Shown here in pieces: positions 1 through 7,755 of a DNA stretch of 64,000 nucleotides. Source of the stretch: Planctomycetota bacterium (GTDB lineage: Bacteria > Planctomycetota > Phycisphaerae > SM23-33); contig JACRIL010000102.1 in assembly GCA_016235825.1 (NCBI GenBank), positions 751 through 64,750 on the forward strand, read 5' to 3'. Position numbers and translations under genes: made by a program. The notes under the pieces were generated by a model that worked only from the letters and a program-made list of their open reading frames with translations, searched no databases and was not told where the DNA came from. Each line of letters starts with the position of its first letter. The stretch's first letter is position 1.

Positions 1-292
1 GAATGATCTGGTCGGGCAGCAATTGCTTGTATCGGAAGGACTCGCCCATGTAACGCGGAGTGATGTAGACGAGATTTCCGACCCTGCAACTGATATTTCC
101 GCCCGCGGAATCCGACAGGTGCCTGTCATAGATAAGGCCGCCGATCTCCAGGATGGTGTTGCGGGGATTCTTCAGGCTGTGTCTGCACACCGCGCAGCTC
201 CCTGGCCGGGAAGGAATGGAGTTGGCGATCACCCGACGGACCACGTCCTCGATGAGATTTTGATTCATTGGATTGTTATTACTGGTTGTCAT
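1..292 (-). CDS. class II aldolase/adducin-domain protein (MtnB/FucA-like), N-terminal part only; gene runs off the window start
   Basis: Absent from the ORF track because there is no stop in the window. Reverse translation from ATG 292..290 gives MTTSNNNPMNQNLIEDVVRRV...ILEIGGLIYDRHLSDSAGGNISCRVGNLVYITPRYMGE. GGNIS.R....ITP is the class II aldolase N-terminal signature. GGAGA SD lies upstream. The start is 11 nt after the RLP stop. ORF 23..361(+) is its shadow. Confidence 0.6.
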   Translation of the reverse strand, partial: MTTSNNNPMNQNLIEDVVRRVIANSIPSRPGSCAVCRHSLKNPRNTILEIGGLIYDRHLSDSAGGNISCRVGNLVYITPRYMGESFRYKQLLPDQII

Positions 293-303
293 GTTTATCT
301 CCA

Positions 304-1617
304 TCATTTCAGGTCGAAGAGCTTTACCTGCCGGCCCTTCGTGTCTCCCCACAGGTCATAAGCGGCCTTGACCTCGGGTGAACTGTCCGCCATTTTCGCG
401 TAAGGAACGCCCTTAACCGCGGCGTCGATCACCTGCCGCATCGCCTTGGCGCCCAGGGTCGGGCCCATGGGGTGGCCGTGGATCGCTCCTCCGCATCCGA
501 TGATGCAGTCGATGCCCAGGTCCTCGACGACGGAATGCACGTTGCCGTTGTTGATGCCGCCGCCGGGCATGGGGAACGAGCGTTTGATGCTGCCGAACTC
601 GCAGGTCAGCGCGTTGGCGATCAACATGTGTTTTTCTCTGAAGAAATTGAATTTGCCGTAGGGGGAGGGATACACGACGATGTCCGCTCCGGCCAACCTG
701 GCCAGCTTTCCAAGGACCAGGTGCGAGCTCAGGCCGGAATAATGGGACTCGTAGAGCACGCCCGCGAAATCCAGGTGGGCAAGGATGGGCACGTTGATCT
801 CGGGGTCGTCGGCCAGGCTTTGCAGGACGGAATACCCGGCGGTCAGGAAGTTCAGCATGACCGCGTTGACGCCCATTTTGACCGCATTTTTCGCGTTCCG
901 GATGGCTTCCGTCGCGTTATTCGTCACATTCACCGTGAAAAGGGTGTGCTCGCCGGTCTCCCGAAATACCTTTTCCTCAGCCTTCATGTACAGCTCGACC
1001 CTTTTTGCCATTGGGCAGAATGGCGGATCCGCGATCAGCTCGTCGTCCTTGATAATGTCGACGCCGCCCAAAGCCGCCTGATAGAACAGTTTCGCTCCCA
1101 CCTCGGGCGTATATCCCGTGCACGGCTTGATCATGTTGTTCAGAAGCGGGCGACCTTGCACGCCTAAAATCTTTCGCACCCCTTCAACGCCGAACTTCGG
1201 GCCTTTGAACCCTTTCATGAAATAATCCGAAAATTTGAGGTCGAGCAGTTTCAGCCTGCCGCACATGGAGATGTTCCCGATGACCGTCGAGAGCAGCATG
1301 GGGATCTGGGAGCCGAAATTGACCTCCGGGTAAGCGACCTGCAGGACAAAGGACCTGCTTTCGACGCCTTTGGGGAGTTCGAACTCGTAGGCGGGCACTT
1401 CCAGGACGCTCACGACCTTGCCGCAGTACTTTTTCCTGATCTCGGCGGTTTCCTCCGGAACCTGGACCCATGTGCCCGTGGTCTGTTCCACGGCGAGGGC
1501 CGCCGCGAAAACATTGATATCCGTCGCAGGCGGCACTTCCACCAGGTAGGTCGCAATGGTGTAGTCGCCTTTTGAGGCCGTTTCAGGTGAAATGAAGAAC
1601 TGATCCAGGATTCCCAT
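304..1617 (-). CDS. RuBisCO-like protein (form IV RuBisCO large-subunit homolog)
   Basis: Start taken at the internal ATG (MGILDQFF) with GGAAAG upstream. RuBisCO large-chain motifs are GRPLLNNMIKP, GGVDIIKDDE (carbamyl-Lys/metal site) and GCGGAIHGHPMG. Positions equivalent to K177, R295 and S379 appear substituted (IKPC, AHLD, PGGG). Confidence 0.85.
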   Translation of the reverse strand: MGILDQFFISPETASKGDYTIATYLVEVPPATDINVFAAALAVEQTTGTWVQVPEETAEIRKKYCGKVVSVLEVPAYEFELPKGVESRSFVLQVAYPEVNFGSQIPMLLSTVIGNISMCGRLKLLDLKFSDYFMKGFKGPKFGVEGVRKILGVQGRPLLNNMIKPCTGYTPEVGAKLFYQAALGGVDIIKDDELIADPPFCPMAKRVELYMKAEEKVFRETGEHTLFTVNVTNNATEAIRNAKNAVKMGVNAVMLNFLTAGYSVLQSLADDPEINVPILAHLDFAGVLYESHYSGLSSHLVLGKLARLAGADIVVYPSPYGKFNFFREKHMLIANALTCEFGSIKRSFPMPGGGINNGNVHSVVEDLGIDCIIGCGGAIHGHPMGPTLGAKAMRQVIDAAVKGVPYAKMADSSPEVKAAYDLWGDTKGRQVKLFDLK

Positions 1618-1648
1618 CGTTACTTTCCTTCTATCATGATGAACATTG

Positions 1649-2632
1649 TTATTTACAGATGGCCTCGCGCAGAAGCCTTGACGATTCCGTCGCATCGCCC
1701 TTTCGGATGACCTCGGCGATTCTGTCCAGCCCCATTTTCTCGAGCAGGCCCCTCAGGCCGTTGACCCAGGCGATGGATTCCTCGACCGCCCGCAGGCCGT
1801 TCTCCCGGTAGGGAAAGATGTCCAATGTGTAGTAATCGTCGTAACCCGTCCGATCGAGCCAGTACAGCATCTCGAGCGCCTCGATGGTGTGGACGGACCC
1901 GAACATCATGTCGTCGTCCCAGTCGCCGTAATTGTCGTTGATGTGGATGTAAAAAAGCCTTTTGCGCCCGCCGCTGTTGACCATCGCCACGGCTTCAGCG
2001 GGGTTTTCCTGTGCCGCCGAGGAATGTCCGCTGTCTATCAGGATTCCGACGTTGTCCCTGCCGATGGTGTCGACCAGCAGGACCGTGCGTGGCGCGTTGT
2101 TCGTGAAGATGTGCGTGCGCGGCTCTTTCTGCTTGTATTCCACGCAGATCTTGACGTCCTTCCTGTGGTCCGCGCACTGCCGGACGCCTTCGATGATCTG
2201 CTCCCACGCTTCGAGGTAATCGGCCTGGAAGGCATAATCGTATCCGTCCTGCCCGAGCCAGACGTCGACCTTGTCGCAGCCGACCCGCGCCGCCATGTCC
2301 ATGGACTTTTTAACCTCATCCGCGGCGGCCCTGCGGATCGACGCGTCCTTCGAAGTGAAGCTTCCTTTCCCCCATTTGGCTTGAGTCCAGAGGTCCGGCA
2401 CCATCATCGAAACCGCCAGCCCGGCGTTCTTCAGGCAGACGCTGATTTCATCAAAGTTTTTTTCGTTGACGTGCCAGTTTCCGACCAGCTCTATTCCCTT
2501 CAACTCCTTCACCTTCGACGCCAGGGCGATCATCTCCGGAACGGTCCTGTTTGTGCCGTAGCCCGACAGACAATACCGGTCTGCGCAAGAGCCGAATGGC
2601 GGGAGACACGCGCCGAACTTCAACTTTTTCAT
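1649..2632 (-). CDS. sugar phosphate isomerase/epimerase, xylose isomerase-like TIM barrel
   Basis: Start at MKKLKFG. Family-typical metal-site strings are VDVWLGQDGYDY, ICVEYKQKEP, GILIDSGH and HINDNYGDWDDD. It lies 31 nt upstream of the RLP gene on the same strand. Confidence 0.75.
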   Translation of the reverse strand: MKKLKFGACLPPFGSCADRYCLSGYGTNRTVPEMIALASKVKELKGIELVGNWHVNEKNFDEISVCLKNAGLAVSMMVPDLWTQAKWGKGSFTSKDASIRRAAADEVKKSMDMAARVGCDKVDVWLGQDGYDYAFQADYLEAWEQIIEGVRQCADHRKDVKICVEYKQKEPRTHIFTNNAPRTVLLVDTIGRDNVGILIDSGHSSAAQENPAEAVAMVNSGGRKRLFYIHINDNYGDWDDDMMFGSVHTIEALEMLYWLDRTGYDDYYTLDIFPYRENGLRAVEESIAWVNGLRGLLEKMGLDRIAEVIRKGDATESSRLLREAICK

Positions 2633-2839
2633 GCCTGTCCTCTTTGAATGTTTATTAAAAAAAGTGCAGAATTCTTTATGAATGATGAATGGCACATATC
2701 GCCAGCAGAATTGTGATTATCTCAAAGACGGCCGGAAATTCAAGCATAATTCGTTTTCCCTTGTTCATTTTCCCGGTTCTGCCGCTCCGAATTCGGCTGA
2801 GGCCTTGCCCGGCCCGGCCTGACCGGTGATAATCAGATT

Positions 2840-4030
2840 GTGAGCGAGGAGCGCCTTTTTATCGGGCTGTACAGCGGGCCTGCCGCCGACGGGATAGACG
2901 CGGCCCTGGCGTCCGTCGTCGGCGCCGGCGAGGCGATATCGGTCAGGCAGGTTTTGGCTATTCACCACGAATTGCCAGATCAGGCCCGCAGATGGGTCCT
3001 GATGTTCGGCGCCGGTCCGCGCGAACCCATGCCAAACCAGGGTCAGGCCGGCTCGCTGGGCCCGTCGGGCGTGGCGGTGGGTCTTGCCATGCTCGACCGC
3101 GACCTGGGCCAGGCATTCGCGTCGGCCGCCGAGGAACTGCTGGCCGCCGCTGACGTGCAGGCACAGGACGTCTCGGCCGTCGGCATGAGCGGCCAGGCCA
3201 TCGCGCACATCCCGCCCGACATATCCCGCCCGACGGGCGCGGGCCTGGAACTCGGCTGCCCGGCCATCGTGGCAAGAAAGATCGCCAGGCCGGTCGTCGC
3301 GGAATTTTCCAAATGCGACATCGCCGCAGGCGGACAGGGCGGGCCGATCTGTGCCTGGGCCGACTGGATACTCATGCGGCACGAGACGCTCAGCCGGGCC
3401 GTCGTCCATTTGGGCGGCATCGCCTCGCTGACCTTCGTGCCCGCCGCCGCACAGGCCTGCGATGTCGTGGCATGGGACGTCGGGCCGGGCACCTGCCTGC
3501 TGGACGACCTGGCCCACAAGCTGTTCAACAGGCCCTTCGACCACGACGGCGGCATCGCCTCGGCCGGCAAGGTCAACCCAGCCCTGCTCAACGAAATGAT
3601 GTCGCATCCTTACTTCCAGCTTCCGCCGCCCAAGACCACCAGCCGCAACGAATGGGGCGCATCGCACGTCTGGCGGGTGCTCAACGCCGCCCAAAAGCAC
3701 GCCTGCGACGGGGCCGATCTGCTGGCCACCGTAGCCGAATGTTCGGCGATGCTGATCGCAAAGGCCCTGGCCGGCCTGACCGAAAGGCCGCACGAGATAA
3801 TCCTCTCCGGCGGCGGGGCCATGAACATTTCGCTGGCGGGAAAAATCAGAAAGCTCATGTCCCCGTGCAGCACTTACACGGTCGAGCGATACGGTTGTGG
3901 CATCAGGTCGTACCGGGCCGTGTGCATGGCCGTCCTGGCCGCGGCAAGGCTCGACGGCATTCAGATATCCTGCCCCGCCGCCACAGGCTCGCCTGTCCCG
4001 GCAACCCTCGGTTCACTCACCCTGCCATGA
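2840..4030 (+). CDS. anmK: anhydro-N-acetylmuramic acid kinase
   Basis: GTG start. The N-terminus LFIGLYSGPAADGIDAAL matches the AnmK GLMSGTSxDGxDxAL motif. The C-terminal ILSGGGAMN is the ASKHA-fold motif. Length is 396 aa. Confidence 0.8.
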   Translation: MSEERLFIGLYSGPAADGIDAALASVVGAGEAISVRQVLAIHHELPDQARRWVLMFGAGPREPMPNQGQAGSLGPSGVAVGLAMLDRDLGQAFASAAEELLAAADVQAQDVSAVGMSGQAIAHIPPDISRPTGAGLELGCPAIVARKIARPVVAEFSKCDIAAGGQGGPICAWADWILMRHETLSRAVVHLGGIASLTFVPAAAQACDVVAWDVGPGTCLLDDLAHKLFNRPFDHDGGIASAGKVNPALLNEMMSHPYFQLPPPKTTSRNEWGASHVWRVLNAAQKHACDGADLLATVAECSAMLIAKALAGLTERPHEIILSGGGAMNISLAGKIRKLMSPCSTYTVERYGCGIRSYRAVCMAVLAAARLDGIQISCPAATGSPVPATLGSLTLP

Positions 4031-4084
4031 TGATGCTTGTCGCAAATGGTCGACGACCGGAAGGCGGTTGATTTTCCCGGCACA

Positions 4085-4190
4085 ACTGTTTTCAGCCCGC
4101 AGGGCGGCTGAAAGTAGCCCCGTCCGTAGCGCAGCGAAGGGCGGGGAAAAGGTTGCGCCGAGTTCAGAGTCCCTTGCGGGCGATTGAAAT
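4085..4190 (+). repeat. family-1 composite hairpin repeat, copy 1
   Basis: ttcagcccgcagggcggctgaaAGTAGCCccgtccgtagcgcagcgaagggcgggg...ggttgcgccgagttcagagtcccttgcgggcgattgaaat. Homologous to 11678-11765 and 17361-17466. Confidence 0.8.
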
Positions 4191-4302
4191 CGGCATCATT
4201 CCCAAACCTTGTCCGGATCGAACCGCACGCCGTGCCGTTCGAGGAACTTCGAGGAATTCATCTTCAAAGGAAACAACCTTGTGATGGCCTGAATGGGATT
4301 CG

Positions 4303-4311
4303 TGGTATAAT
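4303..4311 (+). promoter_or_regulatory. extended -10 promoter element (TGgTATAAT), 6 nt before the ATG of the HEAT-repeat gene
   Basis: tggtataat at 4303-4311 and ATG at 4318. No SD sequence lies in between. Confidence 0.4.
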
Positions 4312-4317
4312 ATCCTC

Positions 4318-5415
4318 ATGTCCCGGAGGCGAAAGATAACCTGGCTTGTCGTCCTGCTGGTCCTGGCCGGCGGCTCCGGCGGTTATTGCTGGTACTGGCG
4401 GTCCACCGCCGTCGACCGCAAGGTCCGCCAACTTGTCTACGAAGCCGCAGGATACCCGGACACAAGGACAGAAAGAATCCTCAGGAAAATGAAACTGGAT
4501 TTCCTGATCCGCGAAAAGCCAAAATCCAGAAGAGATGATGGAATGATGTTTTGGGAAGAGAGCGTTATAGTCAAGGAAATTGAAGCTATCGGTATTGCTG
4601 CCACACCAGAACTCCTTTCTATGCTTAAAGACGAGAATAACGATATACGCTATAAGGCTGCCGAATTCCTCGGTCGGATCAGAGACGCAAGGTCGATTGA
4701 ACCCTTGATACAGATACTGCAGACAGAACATGATTTAAAAGTTTGAAGATTTTTACCTTACGTTCTTAGTTGGTTTGGGGACAAAAGAGTGGTAGATCCG
4801 CTGATTATGGCAATGCAGAAGGATTCAGATTCAGAGGTTCGTTGCCACTCAGCTATCGCCCTCGCTAAACTTGGCGACAAAAGGGCGGTAGACCCGCTGA
4901 TCCGGGCAATGCGGAATGATTCAGATTCACAAGTACGTTGGTATTCAATTATTGCCCTTGATGAACTTGGTGACAAAAGAGCGGCTGTACCGTTGATAGA
5001 GATATTGCAGAAAAATGAAATAGGGTATGTCCGACGACATGCAGCTGAAGTCCTTGGGAAACTGGGCGACACAAGAGCATTAGAACCACTGATTGAGGCA
5101 ATGCAGAAGGATGCTGATAGGAATGTCCGATATGCTTCGGTAACAGCTCTTGGCAAACTGGGTGACAAAAAAGCTTTTGAGCCTCTCATGCAAGCTTTGG
5201 CAAAGGATAGGGATGAAGATCATTTTATTCAAGGATACGCGGCAGTCGCCCTTGGCGAACTTGGCGATCCTCGCGCATTAAATGCAGTTGAAGACGCATA
5301 TAAAAATGATTTTGACAAGACTTCGCATCAATTCTACGAGGCAGCGATAGCGAAGCTCAAGTCCGCCGCGACGAGGCCGGGGGAGGTTGGCACGCGGCCG
5401 GCGGGAAAACTATAA
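4318..5415 (+). pseudogene. membrane-anchored HEAT (PBS-lyase type) repeat protein interrupted by an in-frame TGA at 4744-4746
   Basis: ORFs 4318..4746 and 4789..5415 are in the same frame. The 31-aa repeats D.(E/Q)VR......AL..LGD.RA..PLI continue straight across the stop (HDLKV*RFLPYVLSWFGDKRVVDPLI). The stop aligns with the conserved Arg of the VR motif. This is a low-GC region. Confidence 0.6.
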
Positions 5416-5685
5416 TTCAGCAGATGGCCGGTTCAGGCAGGAACAATTCGAGTTCCTGCAGCAGCATGAGATTATCCGCGATCTGTCGAGCTACGGCACA
5501 TCGTGCGGGCGTCCATTCGTCAGGAGACCGCGGTTCTTCAAACCGCCTGATCGTGAAAGGAATGACATGAACGAATCGCCACAGAATGCAATGAAGAAGC
5601 TGAGGCTCAGCGGTATGAGCCGGACGCTGGATGTCCGGTCCAGTGTCGCCGAGCGGATCAAAACCAGCCAATAGTTGTGGTTTTC

Positions 5686-6309
5686 TCAAAGCCCGACGAA
5701 GTTCCGCATGATTTGCAGGCCGGCCGACTGGCTTTTTTCGGGGTGAAACTGCGTGGCGAAGAGATTGCCCCTGCAAATCGAGGACGTGAAATTCAGGCCG
5801 TATTCCGTTTTCGTGCATACGACCGGCTCATCCCGCGGCACGACGTAATAGCTGTGGCAGAAATAGACGTACTGGCCGTCTTCCAGCCCGGCAAGAAATG
5901 GGCACGAGCCGTTCCATGATATCCGGTTCCAGCCCATATGAGGCACGGCAAGCCTTTGGCCGACCAGGCTGGAGAAATCAAAACGCACGACCTGCCCCGG
6001 AATGATGCCAAGCCCTGCGTGCCTGCCGTCCTCGAAAGAAACGTCGAACAGCAGTTGCAGACCCAGGCAGATGCCCAGAAACGGCGCGCCGCCGGAGGCC
6101 GCCTGAATCAGAGGCTTGTCGAACCCGGCCGATCGCAGCCGCCCGATCGCGTCGCGAAATGCACCGACGCCGGGCAGGACGATCTTTTCCGCCCCGGCCA
6201 GGCCGGCCGGCGAGGCGATTATCCGCGCATCGCCCCCGGCCCGCTGAAGCGCCTTCTGCACGCTTCGCAGATTGCCCATCCCGTAATCTATTATCGCTAT
6301 CCACGACAT
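5686..6309 (-). CDS. hisH: imidazole glycerol phosphate synthase, glutamine amidotransferase subunit
   Basis: IAIIDYGMGNLRSV, PFLGICLGLQLLF (catalytic Cys) and FATQFHPEKS. The start could alternatively be ATG 6327. Confidence 0.85.
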   Translation of the reverse strand: MSWIAIIDYGMGNLRSVQKALQRAGGDARIIASPAGLAGAEKIVLPGVGAFRDAIGRLRSAGFDKPLIQAASGGAPFLGICLGLQLLFDVSFEDGRHAGLGIIPGQVVRFDFSSLVGQRLAVPHMGWNRISWNGSCPFLAGLEDGQYVYFCHSYYVVPRDEPVVCTKTEYGLNFTSSICRGNLFATQFHPEKSQSAGLQIMRNFVGL

Positions 6310-6414
6310 CTGAATTGCCCGGACCATTCCACAAACTCAAGGCCCACGGGTTTGATCGCCCGTGGGCCTGTGATGCGTTTTAAATTTTGCGACTTCGCGC
6401 CAACTCAGCGATGT

Positions 6415-7083
6415 CTATTTAATGACGACAATCTCGACCCTTCGGTTCTTGGACTTGTTGGCCTTGTCCAGCGGGTGATGCTCGCCCATGCCTATGGTCT
6501 CGATCCGGTCGGCCGCAACGCCCTGGCCGATGAGATACCGTGAAACAGCCATCGCGCGGTTAGCCGACAGGTCAAGGTTGTCCTGCCAGAGGTTCTTGGT
6601 CCTCTTTATCGGGTCGTTGTCGGTATGGCCGTAGATCAGGACGGTCTTGCCGGCGAATTTGCCTTTCAGATCGGCGGCGATCTTGTCGAGCTCCTTCTTG
6701 CCGGCGGCGGTCAGAGCGGCCTGGCCGGAGGAGAACAGCACGTCGCCCTCGAGACTCCGCTGCACGCCTGCGGCATGAGGCGACCAGCCTGTAGTGCCTT
6801 CATCCGGTCCCAGCGGTTTGGGTCCTTCGGGGGGTTTGTTCGCCAGTTGCGCCTTCAGGCTGGTATTCTCCGCCTGCAAACCGTCCCTTTCGGCCGTCGC
6901 GTTCAGAAGATCCTTTTTTGCGGCGATAAACTGATTCTCCATATTGGTCTTCGCGACAGACATCTTGTTATGATTCTCGGTCATTGCCGCGAGGTCCTTC
7001 TTTTCCTGCTCGCAGCAGCCTATCGAAGACAGGACGTTAACCGCCAACATCAGACCGGCACAGACCAGCGCCAACCGACTCAT
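6415..7083 (-). CDS. OmpA/MotB-family lipoprotein with a coiled-coil linker
   Basis: Lipobox signal MSRLALVCAGLMLAVNVLSSIGC. C-terminal OmpA-like domain: VLIYGHTDNDPI...NLDLSANRAMAVSRYL...NRRVEIVV. Confidence 0.75.
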   Translation of the reverse strand: MSRLALVCAGLMLAVNVLSSIGCCEQEKKDLAAMTENHNKMSVAKTNMENQFIAAKKDLLNATAERDGLQAENTSLKAQLANKPPEGPKPLGPDEGTTGWSPHAAGVQRSLEGDVLFSSGQAALTAAGKKELDKIAADLKGKFAGKTVLIYGHTDNDPIKRTKNLWQDNLDLSANRAMAVSRYLIGQGVAADRIETIGMGEHHPLDKANKSKNRRVEIVVIK

Positions 7084-7333
7084 GAGTCGCTCCTTCTCGC
7101 AATATGCGATAAAATGCCTCGCTTCCCTGAACCGGAAAGCATGGATACCCCGGGATTATAACCACTTCATCGGCAAGACTAAAAGATTTTTTTAATGAGT
7201 TTGCGTAATGCCCGGCCGGGAAAAGCCGCTTGCAATTGACCGGCGGCGGGGCGGCATGTAGAATCCGCGAGCGTCTGAAACCCCGCCGGCCGGCGCGATG
7301 CCGCGGCGGATCAACCGGCACAGGAGCAATCAG

Positions 7334-7735
7334 GTGAGCGATTTATCTGAAACAATTAAAGGACTCAAGTACGACTCGTCGGGTCTGATACCGGCGATCA
7401 TCGTCGATCACAGGACCAAACAGGTCCTGATGATGGCATGGATGAACCAGGCCAGCCTGTTGGACACGATCAACAGGGGCAAGACGCATTTCTGGTCGCG
7501 AAGCCGGCAGAAATACTGGATGAAGGGCGAGGAATCCGGCCACACGCAGGACGTCAAGGCGGTCTTCACCGACTGCGACATGGACGCCCTTGTCATCGAG
7601 GTCGAGCAGCACGGTGCGGCCTGCCACGAGGGCTACTGGTCGTGCTTCTACCGCAGGCTGACGCCGGACGGCCGGCTGGAGATAACAGGCAAGCCCCTGT
7701 TCGACCCCAAGGCCGTTTACAAGAATAAAAAGTAA
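7334..7735 (+). CDS. hisI: phosphoribosyl-AMP cyclohydrolase
   Basis: GTG start 7 nt after AGGAG (7322-7326). Motifs FWSRSRQKYWMKGEESGHTQ and DCDMDALVIEVEQHGAACHEGYWSCF. Confidence 0.85.
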   Translation: MSDLSETIKGLKYDSSGLIPAIIVDHRTKQVLMMAWMNQASLLDTINRGKTHFWSRSRQKYWMKGEESGHTQDVKAVFTDCDMDALVIEVEQHGAACHEGYWSCFYRRLTPDGRLEITGKPLFDPKAVYKNKK

Positions 7736-7755
7736 GGCATCGGGATTTTTCAACC

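Noticed and set aside
23-361. ORF 23..361(+) at the window start and ORF 63163..63960(-) at the window end.
   Set aside because: Both are shadows of better opposite-strand genes that the ORF track misses because they lack a stop or start inside the window. These are the class II aldolase at <1..292(-) and the TPR-like protein at 63139..>64000(+).
304-1617. Whether the RuBisCO homologue is a genuine carbon-fixing RuBisCO.
   Set aside because: There is no small subunit, phosphoribulokinase or carboxysome/CBB genes nearby. By-eye alignment shows substitutions at several RuBP-binding positions (K177, R295, S379 equivalents). It is therefore called form IV RLP.
4744-4746. TGA recoding (selenocysteine, or TGA=Trp/Gly alternative code) in the HEAT-repeat gene.
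   Set aside because: The stop aligns with an invariant Arg, not Cys, Trp or Gly. I saw no SECIS-like hairpin immediately downstream. Many genes here end in TGA, and prfB uses a TGA autoregulatory site, so TGA is an RF2-read stop.
5537-5674. A small ORF fragment, MNESPQNAMKKLRLSGMSRTLDVR..., faintly resembling the N-terminus of the IS21 helper protein IstB (L..L.L.GM...L).
   Set aside because: It is only about 35 aa and consists of a short generic helical motif. There are no IstA/IstB ATPase motifs, no inverted repeats and no transposase remnant nearby. The evidence is insufficient.
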